This document shows, one piece after another, positions 40,179 through 52,529 of a stretch of DNA of 64,000 bases. The stretch covers positions 448,536-512,535 of the forward strand of contig MU054129.1 in NCBI GenBank assembly GCA_013239625.1, written 5' to 3'. Numbering within the stretch: the stretch's first letter is position 1; each line of letters begins with the position of its first letter. The position numbers and the translations under genes were made by a program. The notes under the pieces were generated by a model. That model worked only from the letters and a program-made list of their open reading frames with translations. It had not been told where the DNA came from and ran no database searches. Source of the DNA: Lama guanicoe (taxonomy: Eukaryota).

Positions 40179-41409
40179 TTGCAGATGCACAAGTGAAAGA
40201 TTAATCCGCTTGATTTGACCTTCAGATTTCTTTTCTTTCACAGTACGTGCTCGTAAAACACATGTATCCTTTAGTAGTCAAGTGTCGATAAAGAAAAATA
40301 AAACACTAACTAAAATTTAACAAACTTCTTAATCTATGTTTGGCTACTCACAAACTAAGACGTGAAACATAACTTGCCTTAGCCTTCAAATAGGAGAAAA
40401 ACAGGAACTCAGAAACCTAACTTTGTCACTGTTTGTTTGAACTAAACAATTCATACATGTCAAATCTACCAAGAATAAGAGAAGATTAGATTCTTAACAT
40501 TACAAAGATTTCCTCACTAAAAAATATTTCACCTCACATACCTGAAATAGTGAGCCCCTCCAGTGCATGTAAAGATTTTTTTTTAAAGGACTAATAACTG
40601 GAGAATAAGAAAACTGCAAATTATTAGGTGCCAAAATCAATTAACATCAATCAGAGGAACAAATTCCTGAGTTTAAGTGCAAATGATATACTATGATAGT
40701 GATCTACTCAATATGTATTCTCTGCATCCAAGTTATATTATACTCTAACATTCACTAGTGAGAGTGAATAAATGAATTTTTAATAATACTTACTGATTTC
40801 CTACCCTGAAATGAAATAATTTAGAACATTTTTGTTTGTTCCCTAACAGCAAAGGTCTAATCCTGGAAGGTTTGATTCTCTTCCTAGGCAGCTGGGTTGA
40901 CTCTATGACACCTATTCTCTCCGTGATTGTAGATTCTGAAATCGATTACATAGAGATCACAAGACAGAAGAAATCTTTCATCTTGGCATTAATGACTTGC
41001 AATTTGAAACTGCAAATTTTGGACCACTGGGAATGACTGTTCCTTACATGAAACTAACTCGGTGGCCATCACTGTGATATTATTTACAACTTCAACTGCT
41101 TAATCACATGACTTAATATTTGATATCACCTTCTTTATCATGTGAGAAAGCTATAAAAATGGAAGAAGTAAACAATATTCAGGAAGATTTTTTGCCTCAA
41201 TTCCAAAGATAAAGTTGAATTATAATTATAGATTCTAACTTACTTTAAGTTTTGTAACTAGATAAAATGCTATTAAAAACTATTAAATAATTATTTATTG
41301 ACTCTAAAAGTCTAGTTTGAAAGGCAATTTCTTTTCAATTTGAATAACTGTGTTATTAAAGCACAGAAAACAATATAAACCAGAAATTTAAATTTACACC
41401 TTTACATAC

Positions 41410-41483
41410 CTGTGAGTGCTTATTTTCACTTCCATCAAGTCTTTCTTGCTCTTCCTCACATGTCCTTTGTAAGTCTAGTTCTG
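41410..41483 (-). CDS. ANKRD26-like exon, 74 nt
   Basis: tcag|AELDLQRTCEEEQERLDGSENKHSQ|gtatgt. Confidence 0.9.
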
Positions 41484-43080
41484 CTGAAAAATGAATATGC
41501 TTAGTTAAAATTCACTACTTAGAACAGCTAGATAAAAGGCATCATTATAAAAACATAAAAAACATTTCATCAATTAACAGTTTAAATTAAGCTTAATCTT
41601 TAGCTGGATATTTACTTCTTTAAGAAATACTCCTAATTATCTAAAACTTCAACAAACTATTTGGGAAATACTAGATTTTACCAGATAAAGGCATACAAAC
41701 ATCTCAAAGTTTCATTCACAAATTGATTCACCAGACATGAACGAAACAAAGAGAAATAAAACAACATTTAAAAATACAGTAGAAATATACATACAGTCAC
41801 AATAGACTCTATTCTCTACCTCCTAACAGTACCTTTTTAACAACATACCAAGCTTCAAGAGCAATGTTATTCATGGTTTCCAAAATTACTGTTACTTTTT
41901 ATGCTTTTATCTTTCCTTAACCTGAAATGTTTCCCTCTATTGTTCTGACAAGTTCCTTTTCCTCTTTGAAGACTCAGCTGCTCTGTGAAGTCCTCCTTGA
42001 TTGCAGCCGTCTTTCCACAGAGACACAGGGATCTCCTACCTCGGAGCTACCTTGGTACCTCTCACAGCTTTTTCTAGTGTGTCTTCATCAGCTGAACTGT
42101 AAACTATTTCTTTACATGTCTATCCTCTTTGCTCCTATGCTGTGGAGGACAAACTTACAAGTATCTTTGTATAAACAGTCTTTATTTATTAGAAAAACTG
42201 AGTTTAGAGCTTGCAGTCACTACTATAGGAGGTAACTGAGAATTTTTTGTAAACATGACATTAATTCTACAGGTAAGGAAAGAAAAGATAAAACAAAAGC
42301 AGAAAAAATATTGTATGATTTATTACTACAGCTCTGATCCTATCACTGATTAAGGCACTAAATTAATTGGTATATAAAGTAGAACACAAGTTAGATGTGG
42401 TTAATCAACAGACTGAGTATCCTAGAAGAATTAGAATTGATATTCCATATATTATTTTTAAGTGCTAAAGCACTCCTTAAGACCAATACCCTTTTCGACC
42501 AATCAATCCATTAAAAATAATAAAACAAGCTGATATACTATGTGGACACGGTTAAGAAGGAGGTCCTGTGGAGCAAATTCCCAATGACTGCCACTACTGC
42601 TGGGAAAGCCATTTCTAAAATACACAAAGGCAGAGAATATACTAGAAATATTTTGATATTTAGTTGCAGAGGTGCTTTTTCAGTTACACCGAATATAGCT
42701 ATAACTAACACATACAAATTCAGAGCTAGATAAAAATAAAGCTAAGAAACCACATTTTCTGAAGGGAATCTTTGGATGTCCATCTAGGTTTCCCAACTAG
42801 TCACAAAGCTCTAGACATCATCCTCCTACCCACTCCCAGGAGTGAGCTAAATACTAGTCTGAACGAACTTACTTTCTCCTAATCCTCTTTGCTACTTAAT
42901 ATGCTGCTTTGGTCAGAGGATGAATGTAAATGTCATGCTAAAAGGTCTTGTCTGGTTGCAGGTTGCATAAAAGGAGTAAACACAAAGGAGATCCTGCCAC
43001 AAAGTGATTTCTGCGAAGTCGGAGTATGGTGAAGCCACGCACAGGTAGACTATGGCTAGCTCTCTATGCTGCTTTATTAC

Positions 43081-43335
43081 CTTCTTTGCTGCTTCTGTTC
43101 TCTGGCAGCTGTGATTGACGCAGGCCACGGAGCGCTGCATTTTCTGACAGAAACATGGCTCCAATATTCATCTGTTTTTTACCTACTAGGGCCGTCTGCC
43201 TCAGTTCTGTGGGTGCTGACTGGTTTGTGGTCACTGACTGTGATACCAACGGACATTGATCAACTTTCAAAAGCTTGGCTCTTTGACCAGCCGCATTATT
43301 GGGGCTCAAACTAGTAGAATCCCAGTCTGAAGGAT
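43081..43335 (-). CDS. CCDC144-type exon, 255 nt, phase 1-1
   Basis: tcag|DPSDWDSTSL...LLKVDQCPLVSQSVTTNQSA...QSQLPENRSSKE|gtaata. Confidence 0.85.
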
Positions 43336-44069
43336 CTGAAAACAAAGTTTCCACTTATTAGAATGTGAAAAACAATACAAACTTGAATAACCTGTACGGA
43401 TTCTCTTCCCAGAGCAGCAGCTCCACGTCCTCCTCTCCCCACAAACACGCTGCTCCTTCCCAGCTGGTTGTACTTTACATGCCATTGCTGTTCACATAGG
43501 GAACCACTGTCTCTCTTTCTACTTTTAATTTTCTAGTATTACTTATTTGGATTCACTCATCACTCTCTATAAAACAGTCAATATTCCGTAAGAGCTTTAT
43601 GAGTAATTATTATTTCTTCAACATGTGAATTTTTTCATTAACAAAATGTATGTCTAACCAGCCATTTACTGGACATTTAAATATGCATGACAGTATTGTG
43701 TCCTAGAGACACGGGCTTTAAGAAAACTTTCACTGAATGGTACTACTTACATTACAATGAGACAGTCTTTCCTCAATGTACCAATATCTTCAGAATTCTT
43801 ACCTTAAGTCGTGGATAAACATCATAAATTTATATAAGGAAGGATAGCCTTGAGTGACTAATTTTCTCCATATAAATCTAGGTACAAACTAGGTCCAAAG
43901 AGTACAGAGTGCCACGAGACAGGAAATATGTAACAAAAATGTTTTCCTTTTTTAAAAAAGAATTAAGTTGTCAGCTTCAAACTTTTTAACACAAGTTAAA
44001 GAAAAAAAGGCAGGAAATGTAGAAGTGAACTTTAAAGCCCACTTATTTCACATCCATGAACTCTGTTTA

Positions 44070-44405
44070 AAACCGCAGTTCTCAAGTGTCATCTGAGAAG
44101 CCCTGAAGCCCCAAGTTCCCTCCATCTAGGGAGTCCAGGAGTTCAAAACTATTTTCACAATAATACTGAATGCTATTTTCAATTCTCATTCTAAGTGTGC
44201 AGTGGAGGTTTCCAGATACATGACATGTGATAACATCACAGCTCTAATGGCTAATGGAATGTGTGTGTGTGCTTGTTTTTAAAATCTTTCACTTTTACTA
44301 ATATACTGAACATCAATAGATACAACCCACTTAAAAGTTCTTCAGAATTCTCAATAATTTTTAATACTATAAAAAATATCCTAAACGCCAAAACTTCTAG
44401 AATTA
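44070..44405. mobile_element. Probable hAT-Charlie fossil
   Basis: cagttctcaagtg...gttcaaaactattttcacaataatact pattern; family from memory. Confidence 0.45.
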
Positions 44406-44535
44406 TTGTTTTAAAAGATTGTGTCTACCAAATATTAAGGTAGGACTAATTACTTCCATCATTTTTAATAATCAAACACACCACATACACACACACACAC
44501 TGCTAATCAAAACATCCAGTTGACATAAGATCTTT

Positions 44536-44630
44536 GGGCTAGGGAAATAGCTCAGTGGTAGAGCACATGCTTAGCATGCACAAGGTTCTGGGTTCAATCC
44601 CTAGGACCTCCATTAATAAATAAATACAGA
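44536..44630 (+). mobile_element. tRNA-derived SINE (camelid type)
   Basis: tagctcagtggtagagcacatgcttagcatgcacaaggttctgggttcaatccc; A box/B box; (taaa)n tail. Confidence 0.9.
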
Positions 44631-45039
44631 AATAAATATCACCAATGTGATAGCACTAGATGAACTAATTAAAGTGAAATATGACTGACACGTTAGCAAG
44701 TGAAGCTTGACCCTTACGTAAAGGTCAGGATTCAATTAAGCATTTTAAAACTCTGGAAAAATCTTAGAACCTAATAATCAATCTCTCAGAATCCCTGAGA
44801 AGTATAGGGACTCCAAGTTGAGCACTTTAGTGTCTCCCAGCATCAACAGAAACATCCGAGTCAAAGCTGACATTTTAAAAACCTATTTCTTATGCTTATA
44901 TGTATTTTTCAAACATGGATATCAATAATAACATCTTTCAATTTATATCATCTTTCAATTAAATTTGAAGAAATAAAAGGAATTATGAATAAGAAGAATG
45001 TACTTCTTTTCAAAGTGAAATTTGTATTGCAAAATTTAC

Positions 45040-45112
45040 CTGATTTGAATGTTTGTAAAGTCTTCATTTCTCTTGTATTATTAGGAACAGAATCTTTCAC
45101 TCCAACTGCAGG
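45040..45112 (-). CDS. ANKRD26-like exon, 73 nt
   Basis: tcag|PAVGVKDSVPNNTREMKTLQTFKS|gtaaat. Confidence 0.9.
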
Positions 45113-45179
45113 CTGAATGGTTTTTGAAACAAACCGATTAATAATGTACATTTGATACAACCTATAGTAATAATTCAAG

Positions 45180-45269
45180 GGGGGAGGGTCTAGCTCAGTG
45201 CTAGAGTGCCTGCTTAGCAGTGCATGAGGTCCTAGGCTAAATTCCCAGTACCCTCATTAAAAAAAAAAA
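45180..45269 (+). mobile_element. tRNA-derived SINE with AATTCAAG TSD
   Basis: gggggagggtctagctcagtg...polyA; aattcaag at 45172-45179 and 45270-45277. Confidence 0.9.
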
Positions 45270-45299
45270 AATTCAAGATAAAAGTATAAAAGTTTTTAC

Positions 45300-45328
45300 C
45301 TTCAAGTGAGGATATTTTTCAGAAGAAT
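45300..45328 (-). CDS. ANKRD26-like micro-exon, 29 nt
   Basis: ttag|SSEKYPHLK|gtaaaa. Confidence 0.88.
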
Positions 45329-45926
45329 CTAAAAGCCAAAAGGGACACATAATCAATTATATGCAAACATGAAAGCCAACTATCCATTCACGCAGAGTTA
45401 GTACTGAACACAATCCTCATGCTTGCTTTGGAAATGAACACGTTAGGTTTCAGTGTTTTGTTTTTCAGGGGCAGTTAGGACAGCAACAAGACAGAAATAT
45501 GAATCCGTTACAGATACTCAATAAAGAACAGGAATGTAGGTTTAACAAAACATGCAGTTAAGATCTCGAAAGTACGATTATGTTTCAAATGACTTTTATA
45601 AAATAGAAACGTGCACGTATACCAATGTGAACATGCTGCCTGAGGAGGAGAAAAGCGATCTCCAATCAGAGGAACAAGTCACGGCTCCAAGAAGACAAAT
45701 GTGAAAGCTGACGGTAAAATGCAACAGCGCGTCTTTAATGTGACACCATTAGACTACAAGTATTTATCATGCTCTTCAATCTGTCCTGTGATTTAGGAAG
45801 TCCACAGTTGTGATGGCAGTTCATCTGAATGTGCAATTCACTTCTCATCAGAGAAAGTGTTACGAGTTGATCAGCTTGGATACACACTTGTAGAATTCTA
45901 GTTCATAAAAATATTTTTTCCCATAC

Positions 45927-46012
45927 CCACATGGGCTGTTGGTATGCCTACATTTCTTGGATCCTCTAGCCATCAAAGTTTCTTGATCCACTCATGCAAG
46001 AAAGAATGTATA
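45927..46012 (-). pseudogene. Decayed ANKRD26 exon (SCMSGSRNF...RNVG exon)
   Basis: YILSCMSGSRNF, then small deletions give an in-frame TAG; RNVGIPTAHV lies in another frame; donor gtatgg retained. Confidence 0.8.
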
Positions 46013-46270
46013 CTGAGTTTTCAATATTGAAATCTAGTAATCAAAAAAAATTTAATGGCCACAGGATTATTAGATATTAAAAGTCTTTTACATTTCAAAA
46101 CCTGTGTAGTATTCACTGAAAATAACAACTTTAGCATTTATGGAATGAACCCTATTAATTTCTTTTGTTTCCTAAATTAGTTTGGTTTGGTAAATCAGGC
46201 TAATGTTTGCAAGGATTTTTGTGAAAAAAACTATCTTACCAAAAAATTAGGAATCCTTAAAAAAAAAAAA

Positions 46271-46287
46271 NNNNNNNNNNNNNNNNN
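46271..46287. other. Assembly gap (17 N) after a poly-A run
   Basis: N run in sequence. Confidence 1.
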
Positions 46288-46789
46288 TATTCAAGTTCAC
46301 TTGAATAACAAATACCAATACAACATTTATCTTTGAAGCCTGATAGGAGGAGTGGCTGTGGTTTACCCCAATTCTAGGCCCCCTCCTGATTCCAGTATTC
46401 TCTGGAGTGGCAATGATCTAACCTGGCTTCAGTGCAAATACACTGACGCCATCGAAAAGGAGTTCTCTCAACTTTCCTCAGTTCCAAAATCACCTACCTG
46501 CGGCCTTTTTTTCTTCCTTCCTTTCACTTCCCTTTTCAAAGGTACCTCTAGATCTGTGGTCTTAATTCTTCCCCTTTTCTATTCTTTTCATGGACGATCC
46601 CCACCACTTCTTTTTCCTCTCTGCTTATCAGCACTATCTTACAACTCTAACTTCTACTTCAACTCTTTGCCTCCCTCTGGCTATGAACGTGCTCAGATAG
46701 AAAAACAAAATCATGCTTTTCCTTGATGCTGGTATGTCTTTAACTCCCCAGTGGCTCTTCTTCCAGATTCCCCTAAACACAAGTCTATC

Positions 46790-46922
46790 CTCTGAGCGTG
46801 ATCTGAAGACCAGCAACAAGGGCATCACCTGAGAGCTTGTTAGAAACGCAGACCCACTGCTCAGAATGTGCACTTTTCACTGGGTCCCCAGGTGACTGAT
46901 TAAAATTTGAGAAACTCCGGTC
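46790..46922. mobile_element. MER5A-like DNA transposon fossil
   Basis: accagcaac...catcacctgagagcttgttagaaacgcaga...tttgagaaact. Confidence 0.6.
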
Positions 46923-47736
46923 TATACCGAGTCTGCTTCTACAGCACTCGGACTTAACTGATCCTTCTGAAATCCAGCTGCACGCGTCTCACTGTAACAC
47001 TTCCCCAAAAGCTGCATCAGAGGTTGTAGACTTTTCAGGGGACTCTTTACCAGGCTCCAGTGCCCCTGACCTCCCCGGAATGCACCCTGCCCTCTTCCTC
47101 TTTCCCACTCTTCTGTTGGCCTATGAGACACCATCCTATAAGGCAGCAACACGCTGCATGACACGAAGATCCAGATGTTGACAGCTGACCACACCTGCCT
47201 GTGCTCACCCACGGCAGGCACACCCAGCTCTGCGTGATCAGGTACCGCAGTCCTCACTGCCTTCCTAATGGTCAGGGGGACGGGGGAGTGGAACATTATG
47301 CTGTGCCTCCCGGACAAGCTTTGGTGCTGGAAGAAGCTCACTTCATACCCACCTCATTTCAAACACTCTTCTCTTCTTTCTTCTAAAGAAGTATTCTACA
47401 TTAACACCTCCTGCCAAGGACCCCCCGACTCCTTTTCCTTCATTTACTCCCCTCCCTGCCTCTTCTCATTCTTCATTCCCTCCTTCCCTCCTCCTGGTTT
47501 CCTGACTGTCCTCAGGTCACAGAGCATCTTGAAAAAAAGCTAACAACTGAGCTCCTTAAACAGCATTCTAGTTTAATCTGTTGCTGGCACCTGATAAGAT
47601 ACACAATTTACTTCCTTTCCTCCTCTTTTTTCTCACTATATAGTTCAACAGGTTCTTTGGCTGAGAGAATAGATCCAAATCCATAATTTAACTCAACATT
47701 CTGTCAAATGACTTTTTTATAAAATACAGTGCTTAC

Positions 47737-47830
47737 TTTCTACTTGTCCATTTAATGTATTTTTTTCTCCTAGACCTGCAGCTCCAGATAAATGATCAAC
47801 ACAGTTCGGCAGTTGAATCTTGGAGGTACG
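47737..47830 (-). CDS. ANKRD26-like exon, 94 nt
   Basis: acag|RTSKIQLPNCVDHLSGAAGLGEKNTLNGQVE|gtaagc. Confidence 0.85.
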
Positions 47831-50321
47831 CTGTTAAAATTAATATTAATAATGAGTTGCATAAAGATTTCCTGATCCCTTTCTAAGAAAATACCTGCGT
47901 TCCCTACCTTACTAGTATTTTTTTTAATTTCATACTTTAAAAGCAACTAGACATAAAAAACAAAATAAGCATACCCTGGAAACCCAAACATTTAAATAGA
48001 AAATTTCATATACACTCTTTAGAGCAAGTCTTATCTTTTATCTTCAGTTGGCTTTTGAAACTGAGCAGGGAAGGCCAGAGCAAATATTTTCACAGACAAA
48101 ATACTGACTTACATGCAGATTTCAACGAAAAATTAACTTCAAAACAGCTAATTCCATTTTGCGTTCCTCAACAGAAGAAGAGGACGTTTAAAAAAAGATA
48201 TATTTTTATCTGTGTAACTGAATTGCTTTGCAGTACACTTGAAACTAACATCATAAACTGACTACACTTCAGTAAAAAATAAAATTAAAAATACACATAT
48301 TTAAATATATTCTCTAGTAAGTATATGTGCTGTAAGTTTAAAATGTTTCTTAGGACAGATACTGTTTTTAGTATTAAAATAACATACATGCCATGAAAAG
48401 AAGCCTTGGGAGTCTGTCATGTTGAATATTAACAGAACACTGTGGAAACTGCTACATCTCAGTAAACAAAGGCTTAGCAGAATCTAACTATTATTTGATA
48501 AAACTTTTTTGATAGGGAAAATAGTTGAACAAAGTACCAAAGTAGAAAGAAGAACATTTATGCTTAAATAAACAGCAGAAAAATTTTAAATGTAGCTATG
48601 CAGCTCTTCAAAAAAGTACCATAAGCCTTACTTTACTAAGGGAAGAGTAAGAACACTGTTTAGTGACCACCCGCACGTGCCAGGCCCTTATCATGCACAC
48701 TCTCTTCTCTACACACAACAATAACAACAGTGACTCTAAGGACGGTTACCCGCTTGCTGCTTCCTGGCCACTCCAAGATGCTGGAGCACCGTGACGAGCA
48801 GATGGGACCCGCTGTTCTCTGTCCGGAACATCCCTCCCCGGGACCTTCGTGTGACTGGCTCCTTCCTGTCCATCACCTGGCAGCTTTGGTCACACTCAGC
48901 TCTTTTCTGACTACCTAAATTCCACCCTTACTCCACCCCCATCCTAACTACAAACTCCCCCACTGTTGTCTAACCTCATGCTCTCCACGTTCCTTATATG
49001 AAGGACTTACTGTCCCTGATAAAGGGTTGCTGTTTACTTGTCCTTCTGTTCCCGCCACTCCAGCCTAACCCCTCAGCTGCTACATTCAGTGTCTAACTGC
49101 CTGGTGCATAGCTGGTGTTCAGGAACACGAATTTATTTGAGGTCAAAACATCTAAATTCCCCAGAGAGCTTCAAGTACCAAAGCACTATATACCTATCGG
49201 AGATGTCCCATAATAGTCTACCGACACTCAACATAGTTCAAGGGAGAAATCCCCGTGCCCGCTCTAACTTTCCCATTTTATAGTCCTTCAGATTTTAAAA
49301 AAGTGTCCTCAACATTTCAGTAGGTAACAAGTGGCCACTGTGCTCATTCTGTCTTACATTTCTATAGCACCCTTTACAGTTGACAATGTGTTTTCACATT
49401 TGTTACCACACTTTCGTTCATGACACATAACCTGAGAGGTAGGTATCAGTACCATGTTTTTGAACGAGGTCACTGACATTCAAATAAGTCAGACAAGTTT
49501 TTCCAAGATCCCACAGTGGGTCAGAACCAGGATGCTACCACGTCTGCTGACTTCAAGTACAGGACCTGCCGAGATCCAAGAGTTCAGGCTCTTCTGACCT
49601 CTTTCCACGGCTATCACCTTGCAATAGGTCATCACTACCCTGCACTTAGCTTCCTTCAAGTCCGGTCGCCATAAAGGTACTCAGTGCCTGCTATTTTCTA
49701 CCCAAAATGGGCTGTCCTCAGAAAAACATCACTAAACCAAACTGGTGGTATTTTAACCCCACATACTTATTACTATTCCCCATGCTTTTGCTTCTCCTGA
49801 AATGTTCATTGCAGATCTACTTGAAAATCCAAATATAATAGAACTTTCAAGTCACAGGCACTGTCTTTTCAAGGACAAAGTGGTTAAACAAAAACACCGT
49901 TTTTTGGTGGGGTTTTTTTTTTCTTTTTTAGTACGACCTGTTTCTCTCTGAATCTCATTAAGCGTTTTACACATTCATGGATAAAAAAGAAACAAACATC
50001 TGGTCACAGGCTGACCAAGAATTATTTTCTTTAGTTTTTAGAAAAGGTAACTTCAGAACCCAAACCGATTCCCTGTGACTTCTAAGCCTTGGCTTTTGCA
50101 CTACATACACCAGTTTCACTAGGTGAGTCTGGAAAATTAACAGAAGTGCACTCTGCAGTGGTATGACATGTAGCACGGAATGACTTTACTAAGTGTGGGT
50201 TAAAATGAGGAAAAGATTTTGCTGGGCAAAAGTGAGAAAGTGGAGTCAAAACATCCCTCCATTTATGTTTTAACATCACGCAATACTTATATTTGAAAAT
50301 AATAATAATAGAAGACAGCAC

Positions 50322-50383
50322 CTCAGGATCCCGGGATGATTCGACATCTTCCTTCTCTTCTAATCCTAAAGTTGAAGTTGCGT
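50322..50383 (-). CDS. ANKRD26-like exon, 62 nt
   Basis: gtag|DATSTLGLEEKEDVESSRDPE|gtgctg. Confidence 0.88.
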
Positions 50384-50638
50384 CTACAAAATGCAATCAT
50401 AGATACATTAATGAGAACACATACCACTGGGAAGTTTAAATATATATATGTCTATCTCGATTCATGAATATGTTAATAAATTAAAGTGGCAGAAAAGAAT
50501 TTCAGAGGGTTGAAGCATTTTCTGGAAGAAAACTTGGTCGTAGTTGGGATATTTATGAAGGAAGATGGCAAAAGAAAAACACTTAAGAAGAAATGGATAT
50601 CAGATTTGGATCTACACACTTCAGATTTTTTACACTAC

Positions 50639-50733
50639 TTTTTTTTTTTAATGGAGGTACCGGGAATTGAACCCAGGACCTCGTGCATGCTAAACGTGTG
50701 CTCTCCCACTGAGCTATGCCCCCCCCTCCAACC
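50639..50733 (-). mobile_element. tRNA-derived SINE (camelid type) with ACACTA TSD
   Basis: ggaattgaacccaggacctcgtgcatgctaa...ccactgagcta; acacta at 50632-50637 and 50734-50739. Confidence 0.9.
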
Positions 50734-50786
50734 ACACTAGCTTTTAAGCAGAGAAGAAAACCCATAGATGCTCCCTGACTTCCCAC

Positions 50787-50919
50787 CTCTGTCACTTTTG
50801 TGTGCTCCATCTCCATCAGTAGAAATCAACTTGCTCTGATCTGCTTGCTCCTTTAGGACACTGTCAATTGCCCGAGTGCCGTTCTCTTTTCCCTCAGTTT
50901 TTGGCTTTGTTGCCTCTTC
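50787..50919 (-). CDS. ANKRD26-like exon, 133 nt
   Basis: atag|EEATKPKTEGKENGTRAIDSVLKEQADQSKLISTDGDGAHKSDR|gtggga. Confidence 0.8.
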
Positions 50920-51485
50920 CTATAAAAACAAAACAAAATGTAACAAAAACCCAACTTCAGAAAACATCATATTCCTACACTTGGTCATTCAATCAGTCAG
51001 TCAGGAAGACAACATGTATTTACTGTATCCATCAGATCATAGGCATTATCCTGGGAGAAGCTGGCAATATATATAAAGGACAGATTCTGCTCTATATTCT
51101 AGGGGAGGTAGAGACACATGGAAATCAATCAACACAGATAAGTATCATTGAACAGCTCTACACCTGCAGTGAACAGACACAGCAAGGGCACAAAGGAGAG
51201 AAGAGACTTGCTGCATGTCAATAGCTCAGGGAATGCTGGGAAGACCAGGCTGTGTCTTAAAAGACAGACCTAGTGCAAAGAGCAGATGTGAAGGGGGTTC
51301 TAAAAAGGGCAGCCTGAGCCGAAGGTCGAGGTGTGAAACAGCATGATAAGTCACATGGAAAACTAGAACTCAGTTACTGGGGACGGAATGGAGAGACAAA
51401 ATTTGCTAGATTAAATGTAAGACATCACTTCATTAATTTAAATGTGAGGCTATCTAAAAAAATAACTTCAAGTTAAAACTAAATT

Positions 51486-51645
51486 CCATAGGGAACTGTA
51501 TTCAGTATCTCACAAAAAACTGTAATGGAAAAGAAAAGAAAAAGAATTAGATAAATACATATATATGTATAACCAAGTCACTTAACTGCACACCTGTAAC
51601 TCATACAATACTGTACATCAACTACATTTGAATTAAAAAACAAAC
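51486..51645 (+). mobile_element. L1 3' end fragment
   Basis: agggaactgtattcagtatct...catcaactacatttgaattaaaaaa. Confidence 0.7.
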
Positions 51646-52193
51646 TTCTATAACCAAAAAGAAAAAAGGTGAGGATCAAATTTCCTTTCTGTTGTTCATA
51701 AAATCGGCTATATGTCCTTCAGAAGAGTCTGAGCACTTTTCTCCATGAGCTGACTTTTCCTTCTCTTAATTTGAATTTGAGGTGATTTCTATCATAATGT
51801 GTGCTATAGAGTTCCTGCTCTCACTTAACCCCACTATTTCTGCTGTGTCTGTATAATCATCTCTCTCATTTTGACACTCTTTATATTCATCTTGTCCTTA
51901 TTAGATGAACCCTTCCCCTTTGTACCCCTGCCCATCTTCATATTCATCCAGCTGTTCTTTCCTGTTGCTCTCTTACTCTTTCTTTTCTTAATGGCATATT
52001 TGAGAACTGTTTATTGCCACCAACCTTTACAAATCTCAGTCCTGCACGTGTACCTCTCTTGTTATCACACTGTTTTCTATTGTGATCTTGAGGACTTCCA
52101 TTCCTCTGTAGGATCCTTTTCATCCCCATGAGAATGAGGGGGACGGTAAGTGAAAAAGCACAGGAAGGAAAAGTTAAAAACAAAACGGCTTAC

Positions 52194-52381
52194 CTCTGAA
52201 ACACCAAGGACTACTGAAGACGTGAGAGGTTCCGGTGCTGGGAAGGCAGGATGAGAAAAGCCTGAAACTTCAGTGGATGGTTGGGAAAAGGTTCTAACTG
52301 CATCTTCATTTTCACTATTAGAATTATGGTCCTCAAAGACGGTGCTAGTTCCTGGTTTCAAAACACCATCTTTTGCCTCTG
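52194..52381 (-). CDS. ANKRD26-like exon, 188 nt
   Basis: acag|EAKDGVLKPGTSTVFEDHNSNSENED...GFSHPAFPAPEPL...GVSE|gtaagc. Confidence 0.88.
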
Positions 52382-52468
52382 CTGTAGTGAAAACAAGGTA
52401 CAGTAGATGAAATGATCTGTAATTTCTCATCAGTGAAAACACAAAAAGACAGTCTTCAAATAACTTAC

Positions 52469-52529
52469 TGTTTATCACGGGTTCTTCCCAGGCCCGAATT
52501 AGCTTGGCAAATCTTGGATGCCGGACTTT
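52469..52529 (-). CDS. ANKRD26-like exon, 61 nt
   Basis: ctag|KVRHPRFAKLIRAWEEPVIN|gtaag. Confidence 0.8.

Noticed and set aside
39102..40241. 379-aa ORF as a standalone gene
   Set aside because: It is an internal CCDC144-type exon read through its splice boundaries, starting at a non-ATG codon.
44536..44630. tRNA-like sequences (also 24847-24984, 45180-45269, 50639-50733)
   Set aside because: A-rich tails, TSDs and dispersed copies show they are SINEs, not tRNA genes.
50082..50150. Possible extra exon after ctgcag (ECTSVNFPDSPSETG...)
   Set aside because: No clear family homology or matching donor; not needed for phase continuity.
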